From NCBI GenBank assembly GCA_965178125.1, contig OZ237744.1, positions 806,001 through 870,000 on the forward strand: DNA of 64,000 nt. The letters are read 5' to 3'. The DNA comes from Bilabrum cf. latius (Eukaryota). Positions 12,244 through 22,923 of the stretch are shown here, one piece after another (positions within the stretch are counted from its first letter, which is position 1; each line of letters opens with the position of its first letter). Both the position numbers and the translations under genes were made by a program. The notes beneath the pieces are model-generated. The model was not told where the DNA came from. It saw only the letters and a program-made list of their open reading frames with translations, and searched no databases.

Positions 12244-15200
12244 TCAATCGAACTCGTCATCGCTGTACCCGCCATCACTGCTCACCTCAGTGTACCCTTC
12301 CGACCCGCTGATGATGCTGTTGCCAGCTAGACCATGGAACCCCCCGGCCTCGGGGCCCTCGGGTCTACTTGCGCCGCTTCGAGCGCCAGCACCAGACGTG
12401 CCGTAGCTGACCGGAGCCCCCGGTCTTGAGCGGGATGAGGATGGCCCTAAACCGCCTAAATCGGCCGACCGAGAGCCTGCGTAACCATAGGAAGCATGTC
12501 GCAGCGAGTCGCGACCCTGCTGCGTGAGCCTGTTGGCTGCCCGTCCGCTTCTCGCGGTGTTGGGCTTGCTGCTCTAGTAGCTGGCATACGACTCGCTCTC
12601 GCTGTCGCCTGGATCCACCGCATGATCTGGGACGGTGCTGGGCAAGTTGAACGGCATGCTACCGGTGCTTTGCATTGTGGGCCAGCTGGGTGATGGCGAC
12701 ATGGATACTGGTGGCACCTGAGCTTGCCTCGCTTGTTCCTGGGGTACCATGGCCCCATCGATTTCGGGAACAGAATGGCCAAAATGTCTCCCTTGATCGC
12801 TGGCAAGGCCGGCGTTCCGCTCATGATTGCCATGTTTCGATGCGAGCTGCCAGCCAGCAGCTTCCTCCGTCACCTCGACAAGGTCGGGCAACGGCTGCAG
12901 GCTCCGATGGCCGTGCGGGATTGGGCCGTCTGCGCTTGGGGACCAAGACTGCCCCGGCTGTACGCTGCTGGAGATGGAGTTGCGACCGGATGGTGCCATG
13001 GTTGGTAGTGTGGCGGGGTCGATGCTTGGGTTGCCGCCGCCCGGCCTGGAGATGGACGGGAGCGCCGCAAGCAGCTTGCGCATGGTGTCACCGTCCAGCT
13101 CCACCCGAGTGAGGGGGCGGGTCGCTAGCCTGCCATCTGACGACGTAGGCTCGCTAGCAAAGTACCGCTTTTCGACCCTGTTAATGTCCACCCGAATGCC
13201 CATGCGGCCCGGCTGCAGCAGCACGTGCGGCTTGCCGCTGCCCACCGTCACGGAAGGCGTCTTTGGCCTCGGCTGCGCACTCACCTCGATCATGGAGGAA
13301 GCCCCATCGCTCTCGAGGGAATCGGGCTTGTCGCCAGGCAGAGCAGAAGCTGATTGGCTCGGACCTGCATTGCTCACGGTACTCTGCCCACCATCGCTTT
13401 CGAGAGGGTCGGGACCCACCAGAGCCACGTTTCCGGTCAGTGCGGCGTCGGAAGCGCTCTGCTGCTAGGGGAGCGACGTGCTGGCAGCCCTCATTGGTCC
13501 AAACGGGTCGTTTGGATCGAATGCCGGGCGGATCTCCATCGCTTCAGGCTATGAAACCGTGGGCTGGAACCCCGCAAGCTCCTTGGGAACAACGGACTCG
13601 TGCTAAGCAGCGTCTTCACCCGCCGCTCCTGAGTCTGCAGCTCCTGGTGTAGGCACAGCAGCCGCCCACTGCACCGACTCGGGACGGTGGGCAGGCGATG
13701 GGAGCGGCGCTCCTCGCTCGACCGCATCCATGAGCTGCGAGAAGCTCCTTAGGTATGCGTCGACTCGGTTTAGCTTGTCTTTCATGCTCACCGTTGCGAT
13801 CAAGCTCCCGTCCATGTAATCCTGCAGCGCCGACAGAACGCCGTCTATCTCCCTCTTGTCGGTCATGATGTCGCGGTGCTTGGCCTCCATCGCCTGCAAC
13901 TTTGTCTAGGCTTTCCGCAGTCTACGCCCCGCGACAGTGGACACTGACTGCTCCGCAAGACGCTAGTCTCGCTCCCTCTGTCGCAATCGCGTCCGAAGAG
14001 AGGCATTTGCCCGCTCGAGTTGCTGGCACTCGTGCCCCGTGCGGGTCATCACCTCAACCACCCTGCCGTAGTCTGCCTCCGCCCTGTTGAAGGCTCTGGC
14101 CGCGGCGTCAATGGTGCTGTGGCCGAGCTCGTACAAGCACGTCTTGAGGGTGTCTCGAGACTGGTGTATCTTCTGCTTGAGCGATTCGGCTTCGTCCTTC
14201 AGTCGAACTTGCTCCCTCGCGAGGAACTTGACCTCTTCTTTCATCGCAAACTCTTGCTCAATCGTCATGCTCCCAATGTCGCCGAGGGTCTTGCAGCCTT
14301 CGGTCGCGGGCTCGATAGGGGTACTGGAGGGAGCCTAGGCTGAATCTGGCTCACTAGGTGCAAATGAAGTGCTTGTTGCAGAACTACGGTCTGGTGAGGC
14401 TTGGTCGGTGACAGTCTTTGGCACTCGCACAGCTTCCGCGTGCCTCTCTCGCACGAGTCCCTCTCGGGCCTCTGACATCCTGTGGTCAAACTCAAGCTTG
14501 TCTCTCAGCGCCTCTCGCTAAAGTTCGTTGATTTGCTCCATCAGCTAGTCTCGCCTGCGGCGCCAAGACAGAGTCTACCGTCTCTGCTAGTCTACCTTGA
14601 GCTTTGAACCAGCAGCCTGCATCTCGCGAGGCAGCAGCCTCGCATCCGCCGCAGACCGCTCTGTCTGCTTGTTCGCAAATTCCGCGAGAAGACTCTTACT
14701 AAGGCCTATTTCTTGCGACAAACTCTTCATGAGTACTTCCACCATGTGCTGTTGAGAGCGAATGAGGCGCTACTACTTCTGATAGTTTACCTTCGGCTGC
14801 TCAGCGTTGTTGGCGTCGTTCTTTTTCAATAGCACCAGTTCTTTAACGCCTTTGATATCTGCAATAATTCTGGCCTATTCCATGGCCTTTGCCTCAACCG
14901 CGCGAGTCAGCCGCTCTTCTCTGTCAAGTAGATGGACTAGCTGGGCGTCAAGGTCCTTAGCTGGTCCAAGCAGCTGCTTTTCTTGAGCAGTTGCAATGGT
15001 GAGCTCGGTCTTATAAACATCATTCTACTATTGTAACAATTTAATGGCGTCTCTGCGGGAAGTGACGTAGTATTACCCGTAGAAATTCCGTAGGAGTGAA
15101 TGCACTCGCGATGGAAGCGAGCGCTGCGAGTGGAACGCTCACTTCTATCGAGCCAGCGAACGATCAGCATCACGTTTATATTTCGAAGAGTACTACGCAA

Positions 15201-15275
15201 ATATTCTGTCGTGATCCGTCCCCGATTGCATCGTGGCTTAGATCCTCTAGCTTGGGCTTGTCCGTTCGTTTAACC
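12244..15275 (-). CDS. Long coiled-coil protein with weak resemblance to outer-dynein-arm docking complex (CCDC63/CCDC114-like) subunits; start codon not found
   Basis: A single frame from 15052 to TGA 12244-12246 is broken only by more than a dozen TAGs and joins ORFs 13963, 13603 and 12574. Heptad-like E/K/R/Q/L composition; probable intron 15053-15142. Confidence 0.7.
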
Positions 15276-17015
15276 GCCACTGGCACTCGGTGTGATGAGC
15301 CCGGGCACGATACCAGCCGCGCCCGCGAGGAAAGCCCCGACCATGGCCACGATGGTGGCGGTCTTGCCAGTGCCCGGGGGGCCCATGCATACGTTCACGC
15401 GCGCCCCGTCCAACGCGCTCTCCGTGGGCCGGATGGCAGCAGCCACTGCCAGCAGCTGCTCCGAGTTGAGCGACGACTCGAGTGCCTTGCGGTGGGGTGC
15501 CTGCAGTCGGGTGGCTGCGAGAACGTCACGGTCCTCCAGCCCGGACGGTATCATTGCACTGGTGCCCTTGCCATGGGCTGCGGGTGCCTCAGGGCAGAAT
15601 CCCCAGTTGCCATTCGCTCGCATCATCTGCCTTGCCCCGTCTAGCAGTATTCTCGAGAAGGCAACGCGTGGCAGCAGCTGGAGTGCAGCCCACTGCCGGG
15701 CGGCGGTTGTGACGCTGCCCAGCACTGCGATGCCGAGCTTGGTCTGCCGGCCCAGCTGCGCCCCACCCCCGGCCACGTGACTCCTGCCGTGTGCAAGCAC
15801 GCCCGCCAACGCCGCAACGAACGGCGACTCCACGACCTTCCGCACCAGCACGGTCACTACCCAGCAGTCTTCGGAGCCCCATCCCTGTCCCTGTCCCTGT
15901 CCCTGTCCCATCCCACTAATCCGGCCGCGATCGCGGCCCCTGCCTCTACCCCGACCTCGGCCCCCACCCCGGTTGCGTTGTTCCCTGGAAGAGACCACCA
16001 CTCCGATGCAGGAGCCCACCGAGGACAGAGCCACCCGTGCCGGTGCCTGCCCGCCCCCGCCCACGCCGCCCCCCGCAGCCTCTTGCACCGCGCGGCCCAC
16101 CAGCACCGCAGTGCCCTAAGAGAAGGAATCCTGCCAGCGAGACCCGCCGGCACCACCTGCGCCGCTCCTTCCCCTTCCCCTTCCCCTTCCACCTCCACTG
16201 CCACCGCTCGGCGCGCCCGCTCTAGACCTCGATGGAGCCTGGCCAGACCCAATGGGGACCTGCAGCTCAAGCGTGCACATCTCAACAAGGACAGGCCCCG
16301 AACTGGCCACGGGAATCGAATGGGGGGCGGACCGAGCTCCCACACTGGCACCGGCAGCCGAGTGTCGAGTTCCCCCTCCTGTGCTCCCAGTGGCCCCCAG
16401 GTCCTCCACCATGCGGTCGCACCGCAATGCAATGCACGGAACGCAGGGCAGAGCAACTTCCCGCAGCCCCCCTTGCGACGCCGTCCCCTGCTGGGGCGGC
16501 CCCCTGAGCCCCGCCTCCTCCGCCCCCTGCTGCAGCTCCGCCCTGGTCTCCTCTACCAGCAGGCTCTCCGCAGTGCCCCTGTAAGCGGCCCAATCGGCGA
16601 GCACGGGGGCGTGCTTGGGTGCGTCGCGCTAGCCGTGGTAGGATTTCACTAGGTCTGTGGAGATGCAGTCCGCGTCCCCGAGGGCCCAGGCGACCGGCCA
16701 GCCCAGTGCTCGCCCAGAAGCAAGTGCTCGGTCGTGCGACGCCAGCGATCCGCCCAGCCTTCCCCACGCGGCTCGATCCACCAAAGACTCTGGGGGCAGG
16801 CGCAGAATCGCAGCGTAGAAAGGAGAGGGACTGATGCCCATCGGTCCAAACAGCCTCGTGCTTCTTGGTAGGCCAGAAGGGAGAACTCCTGCCGGATCCG
16901 TCACAGGGTTTGTAGAAAGCACGCGCTGCTATGGGGTCGCTGGCTAAGATGACAGCACCCGCTCAGAGGTACCGGAAGGCACCGGCTGGCGCCGTGCAGG
17001 ACTTCGAATGCTCAT
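15270..17015 (-). pseudogene. SEN1/senataxin-like SF1 helicase, N-terminal half only (ends just after Walker A)
   Basis: Motifs YRGTAESLLVEETRAELQQ, LGSVTTAARQWAAL, LNSEQLLAV, MGPPGTGKT. ATG 17015 with four in-frame TAGs; TAA at 15270-15272; no Walker B or later motifs downstream. Confidence 0.65.
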
Positions 17016-17208
17016 TTCTCCGGATCTCCCGAGGGCACCGGCAGTCTAGTTCTCAACCTCGTCGGTGAGCAGGCCAACCACAACACACACTGCACACACA
17101 CAGGATGAACAGAATAGGACGGAACGAATGCAGTATGGAGAGAATGGCCCACATTGCGATGAGGCTCACTCGCCCGATGTTATCCCAACGAGATTGTATG
17201 GTTTTCAG

Positions 17209-19850
17209 TCACCCTCGAGGCCCCCCCCCACCGCCAAATCCACCCATCCCGCCAGGTGGTCCTCCCTATTGCGGCTGCTGTCCCATCATCTGCTGCATCT
17301 GGGCCATCTGCTGCATGTACATCATCATCATCTGCGGGTTCATGCCTGGCATGCCGCCGGCAGCCGCAGCGCCTGGCATGCCACCAGTCGCTGGCGCGCC
17401 CATCATGCCAGCCGGAACCCCAGCTCCGAAGCCCCCCGCAGCAGCAACCCCGCCTGCAGCTCCAGGAGCACCGCCACCGCCGCCGTAGAACCCACCAGCC
17501 CCGGCCCCAGCAGCAGCTCCAGCACCGTAACCCCCGGGAGCACCCCCCCCATAGCCCCCCGGAGCCCCGCCTCCGCCCATGCCATACCCCCCGGGAGCAC
17601 CCCCACCGTACCCGCCACCACCACCGCCCCCACCTCCATAGCCACCACCACGACCACCTCCGCCGCCCCCACCTCCACCGCCACCCCTACCCCGGTCAGT
17701 CTTGATGCTAACCTGCAGCTCGCGGCCACGGATGATGGCGCCGTTCATCTGCTGCACGGCCTGCTGGGCAGCGGCGGCGGTCTGGTAGCTGACAAACCCA
17801 TAGCCCTTGCTTTTGCCCGTATTGCGGTCCATGACGACCTTCCCGGACAGGACCGGCCCGAAGAACTAAAACGTCTGCACGAGCTCCTCCTGGGTCAGCT
17901 CGAACGGCAGGTTGTAGATGAAGATGTTGGCGCCCTCTGGGCCTACGTCACCGGCACGGCCCCTGGGAGGCCCCCCTCCCATGCCACCCATGCCACCCAT
18001 GCCGCCGCCCGGACCGCCGCCATATCCACCGGGGCCTCCGCCCATGCCGCCCATCATGCCGCCGCCCATGCCACCATGGGGCGGCCCTCCCATCGCGTCG
18101 CCGCCCATCCTCCGCCTCTCTTTGTCCGCCTTGCTCTCTGCAAAACGCACCTGCACGGGCTCGCCGGTACCGAACACATCCTGCCCGTTGCACTCCTGGG
18201 CGCACGCAGCGGCCTCCTCCGTCGTGCTGAACACGACAAAGCCGAATCCACGGGGCAGACCCCCAGGGCCCTTGACTGCTACGACGTCAGTGATGGTGCC
18301 GAAGCGGCCGAAGGCCTGCCTCATCCGATCATCGTCAGCGGCAGGCGGCAGCTTACCCACGAACAGCTTGAGCTTGGGCTCAGCCCCGCCGGGTCCGCTG
18401 TACCCCCCTCGCCCGGGCGATTGCGCCACTCGCTGCTGGGACCCACCGCCGGCACCATGCGCCGGCTTCACCTGAAGGGCACCGACCGCGCCCGGAAGCG
18501 TGACCTTGAGGTGGAGGTCTTCCTGGGCCTTGTCGGCCGAGGACTGTCCGTGGAAAATCACAAAGCCGCAGCCTGCGGTAAATTTGGAGGGTTGCGCAAG
18601 AGCGCGGGGGCGCGGCAATCAGCAGGCAACAGAACCACAAGCACACAGACACGGAATAGGCAAACCGGCAAGCAATGAACATGCGGGCAGGAAGCAACGC
18701 AATGCAAACAGCGCCCAAATATTAGCACAACGACCCGAAGAAGCAGCAACAGAGACCCGAGCGGCAATCCAGCGCCAATCCAACGAAAGACCCGAGCGGC
18801 AATCCAGCCAATCCAACGAAGATCTGAGCGGCAATCCAGCGGTAATCCAGCCAATCCAACGAAAGACCCGAGCGGCAATCCAGCGCCAATCCAACGAAAG
18901 ACCCGAGCGGCAATCCAGCGGTAATCCAGCCAATCCAACGAAAGACCCGAGCGGCAATCCAGCCAATCCAACGAAGATCTGAACGGCAATCCAGCGGCAA
19001 TCTAGCCAATCCAACGAAGATCTGAGCGGCAATCCAGCGGTAATCCAGCCAATCCAACGAAAGGCCCGAGCGGCAATCCAGCGGCAATCCAACGAAAGAC
19101 CCGAGCATGAACAGGGCAGTGGTCATGTTCATGTGCAAGCGACAGCGGATCCCCAACGATATTCAGAGGTGGGTAGGATGCAAGCAGTCACGTGTGGATG
19201 GAACGGTAATGCGAAATTGTTTGGCGTGTCCCTCGGTGTGTCATGTAGCCGCGGCTGCAGGCCCTCCAGTCGCGAGCTGCTGACCATCGCTCAGATACCA
19301 CTGCATCGTCGTTTGCGTTTCGCCCGATTAGTCTTTTCGAAGTTGTAAGTTGTACGGCCAGGTCCCTCCTGTTGCTTGTTCGAGTCCGAACCACATACAC
19401 AAAAGAACACACGCAAACCAAGGACTCACCTCTGGGTTCTCCGGTCGCCTTGTCACGCAGCAGTGTGAAGTCAGCGATGGGACCATACTTCTCAAACATC
19501 TAACGCACTTCTGAATCAGGCATAGTCTTTGGTACCTGGCCGATGAACAATTTGATAGCTCGCTCTGTGCTAGTTGCAGCGGATGCATCCGTTGAAGCTT
19601 GCATGCCTCCCATCATGGCACCACCCCCAAGTCCACCGGGAGCACCCTTCCCAAATGAAGCCACAGGATCTGCGGACTTGTCACCCGAGGCCCCTTTGCC
19701 AGCCTCGCTCGCCTTTGCCTCGACTACCTCACCACCCGTCTCTGCAACCGCAGGCGTATCACTGGTGCCTTCGTCTGGTTGGGTAGAGCCGCCTGGGGCA
19801 TCTGAGGGGGCCTCCACCTCTTTATTTTCTTCTTCGGCAGGAGCAGACAT
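17209..19850 (-). CDS. CELF/Bruno-like RNA-binding protein with three RRMs
   Basis: Motifs IKLFIGQVPK, PRGCGFVIF (formed across intron 18573-19429), KLFVGKLP, GPEGANIFIYNLP, SKGYGFVSY. TAG at 19500 and 17866 (inside RRMs) and at 17266; TGA 17209-17211. Confidence 0.9.
18754..19106. repeat. Modular intronic minisatellite
   Basis: Reiterated modules GCGGCAATCCA / GCGGTAATCCA / GC(GC)CAATCCA / ACGAAAGACCCGA or ACGAAGATCTGA, about 9 higher-order units of 32-44 bp, inside the CELF intron. Confidence 0.95.
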
Positions 19851-20354
19851 CCTTGAACTCGAAAGCAGCGAGTTTGTGAGCGTCGGCCGCCTGAGCCATT
19901 ATGTTCCGCTTTTTTATCGCGGCGGCGGCGCGGCGCCCGCGCAGAGCGACAAAACAGCCGGTTGCATACTTTTCCTGGTTTTGCGCTTGAAATCAAGATG
20001 CGCGCTGCCCGAGCTGTTGTGCGAGTTGTCAGATCTACCCGTGCCTTGCGTCTCACGCGACCGGTGAGCCATTTAATCCTTAGATTCGTGGTGTGGTGCC
20101 CCAGCACGCCGAGGCTCCCCAGGCGCCTCGCATGATTTTGTCGTTTGCTTGCCACTGCGGCTACTTAGATGCGTTTGATCACCTGGTCTGCGTATAAATT
20201 TAAAACGTTTACATCTAGCACTTGTTCGTGGGGCTTCTGTAGGCGATATGCAGGTGATCCCGCAGTTCGTTGAAGCTGCTGTTGCAGCGTGCTTGTCACC
20301 ACTGCAGCCCTGAATCTGAGTATCCCACCACCCTCCATTAGTATTTATGTGCAG

Positions 20355-21140
20355 GTTACTCATGTTCGCTGCCTTGCTACTGGAGCTACCAAGTCCATCG
20401 AGGAGATGGCTAAGGAGGCAGACGAGGATGCGAAGAAGCGCCCAGCGCCAATCAAGCTGCCAATTGGGCTAAAGGATGATGTAAGGAGGGTGGCTGTGCC
20501 CATCTACAGGTCAATTAAGGAAGGGAAGAAGGGGGATCTCTCGTTGGCCGAGACAGCCGTTGAGTTCGAGAAGTTCCTGTACATTGCTACACGGCGCCAG
20601 GTCGTCGGTAGGTTCTTCACCGGTACCAGCATCAGCAAGCAGGGTGCCGCCACGCTTGCCCAGCTCTTGTTCACTAAGAAGATCAAGTCCCTGAAGGACA
20701 TCAAGGACGCGAAGGTTGCTGACGAATTGGTTCCCGACGCCGGCCTCTTCGACGCCTACTTGGATGCGCGGGCCGCCATCGACAAGGTGAAGCTCAACCG
20801 CCGCACCCAGAGCTTCATTGTGTACTCTATCGCGTCCGGCGCTGCCGGGCAGCTGAAGGAGCTCGTGGATGCCCTCCGCGAGATCGATGCCATCGAGACC
20901 GACGTCGCAAAGGTGGTAGTGCAGAGCGCAGCACCGCTGACCGCAGCCCAGCAGAAGGAGGTCAAGTCGAGCCTGTCCAAGCACCTGCCCCCGGGCAAGA
21001 AGACCATGGAGGCGTCCTTCGAGGTGGAGCCCTCCATCGTGGGAGGCCTCTACGTGACCCTTGACAACTACGCGCTGGACCTGTCGGCTGGCAGCTTCCT
21101 GCGCAAGTTCGGGTCCGAGATGGCGGCCGCGCAGCACTGA
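20355..21140 (+). CDS. ATP5PO: Mitochondrial ATP synthase OSCP/delta subunit (last exon; upstream exons unresolved)
   Basis: C-terminal VVVQSAAPL...VEPSIVGGLYVTLDNYALDLS matches the OSCP C-terminal domain; acceptor AG at 20353-20354; TGA stop. Confidence 0.8.
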   Translation, partial: VTHVRCLATGATKSIEEMAKEADEDAKKRPAPIKLPIGLKDDVRRVAVPIYRSIKEGKKGDLSLAETAVEFEKFLYIATRRQVVGRFFTGTSISKQGAATLAQLLFTKKIKSLKDIKDAKVADELVPDAGLFDAYLDARAAIDKVKLNRRTQSFIVYSIASGAAGQLKELVDALREIDAIETDVAKVVVQSAAPLTAAQQKEVKSSLSKHLPPGKKTMEASFEVEPSIVGGLYVTLDNYALDLSAGSFLRKFGSEMAAAQH

Positions 21141-21390
21141 GGTGATTTCGAAGAGGATGATAGGATGGATGGATGGATGGATTTGTGATCGGATGGGGTG
21201 CCAGCAGGACGGCACGTTGCGTGCAAGGCGGTGAGGACCTGGCAGGAGCGTCGGATAGCTATCGTGAATGCATTGATCGTATCTATCCGGTTACCGCTTG
21301 TGAGCGCCTTGCCCGTCGGGGTGAACGAACATGCAGACACTGAAAATCGCGCGGAGCCATGAACCTTTGCCAAGCAGCATTCGCATTCTT

Positions 21391-22729
21391 TCAATCTCCC
21401 GCCTCGATCGTGGCAGGGAACAGCACAGGTCTGGAGGGCGCCGCGTCCAAAGCCACAGGAGCCACCTATAGCGACAGCAGGTACGCACCATCTGCCAAGC
21501 AGCCTGCTTCGCTCCCTGCTACCCTGCTCTGGGCGGCACCCGCGCCATCGTCGCCACCAGAAGCCCCGGCGTCAGGCACAGACCGGAAGTAGCACAGCTC
21601 GGTGATGAGCTGCTGCGACACGCCTGCTCGCCTGCTCGGAGCACCTGCTCGCACTGGAGTACTTGCTCGATCATCGCTCGCAGCCCACTCCTCCACCACT
21701 GGGTCAGAGGGGGGCTTAGATCCAGCCTCTACCCCCGTACCATCCGGACCAGCCGAGGAGGAGGAGGAGGACCCTGGTGTCGCTGCCTTGGTCGTAGGGA
21801 GGACGGGCAGCTGCTCCAGGGGGACGTGCTCGCCTCTTGCGCCGGTCTGGAAGAAAGTTCGGTGCGCGATCAAGTTGCCACCGTCGTCTTCTCTGTCGGC
21901 GCTCGGCAGGTCCAGCAGCACGTTCGTCACGCCGAGCGTCCTCAGCAAGGCCATGGAGTGCCCGGTCATGTACGGCGGGTTGGATCCCGTCCACTTGCGC
22001 GACCGCTTGTCAGGGGCATTTGGCAGCGTTCGAATGCATACGGCCGTGAATGGAAACGGCAGGGTGTCGGGTTTGGCGGCTCCTTCGCCCGCGGCTGCGG
22101 TCCCTGCTATCGTGGATGGATCGGCAGACGGAGGCACGATGCCAGCCAGGACAGCATCGATACTCGACTCGAAGAGTGGCAAAGCCTTCTTGAGGGCATT
22201 GCCTACCGATAAAGCATCAACCACTTTGTCGGAGGGCTTCCCGGGTGGATATTCATCTGACACGTCACGCAAGCTGGGTGGGTCCACCGTGATAAGGGCG
22301 GCCGGTTCCAAACCTACGCTGCGAGCTCGGGGAATTCCTAATATTTTGTACACAGTAGCAGTGGCTTTGAAGCGGTGCACAACTGGGGCTGGTGGTTTGT
22401 TCGGTCTCTCACGGCATCTGCACGTCTTGCAAAGTGATGCCTCCAGGCAAAATGTGGCCCACACATTCTGTGTGCGTACCGTTTGAGTGGGCGCACAGAG
22501 TCATGGTTGGACAGTTGATAGATGCACCTTTGTCTACGGCGCACACAAAGGATCCAAACGCAACCGGCTCGGATTTAGCAAAGGGGAGACCAAAGGTCTG
22601 GGCTTGGTGCTCGTCTGACATGAGTGGAAGCGCTGGTATGCTCGCATCTACCCCGGAGACCCTATCAACAGCAGCGACAATAGCAAATGGCTTCGCAGTA
22701 GGGGTAGTGTACGTCGCAGTGACCGCCAT
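21391..22729 (-). CDS. Cyclase-family metal hydrolase (kynurenine formamidase KynB-like)
   Basis: Motifs HSNGTHTECVGHI, LLDLPSADREDDGGNLIAH, ITELCYF, DGAYLLSL[TAG]VAPVALDAAPSRPVLFP; intron 22319-22412; TGA 21391-21393. Confidence 0.85.
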
Positions 22730-22923
22730 TTTGATGAAGTATCAACCATTGCAAGGGCGCCAGGCACAGCGCCAGGATCATGCGGTGCAGTTGCACAAGC
22801 GGCAGGCCCACCTTGATTCTGGCGGCCTGACGGGATGTGAATACATAGACACAAGCTCATGACACTCGTGATTGGTTAAAGCGTGCGTACAAGGCGTGTC
22901 ACTGTCAAGACCCCAAGCAATCA

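Noticed and set aside
7909-17045. GCACCGGCAGT upstream of two genes (7909, 17035) as a promoter motif
   Set aside because: Only two instances, and near-identical strings occur in coding DNA of this GC-rich window.
18754-19106. CRISPR array
   Set aside because: There are no unique spacers, only reshuffled modules; it is intronic in a eukaryotic gene with no cas genes.
21160-21182. (GGAT)n run after OSCP
   Set aside because: A short, ordinary 3' UTR microsatellite.
22319-22412. Frameshift between cyclase ORFs
   Set aside because: Explained by a GT-AG intron that restores the frame.
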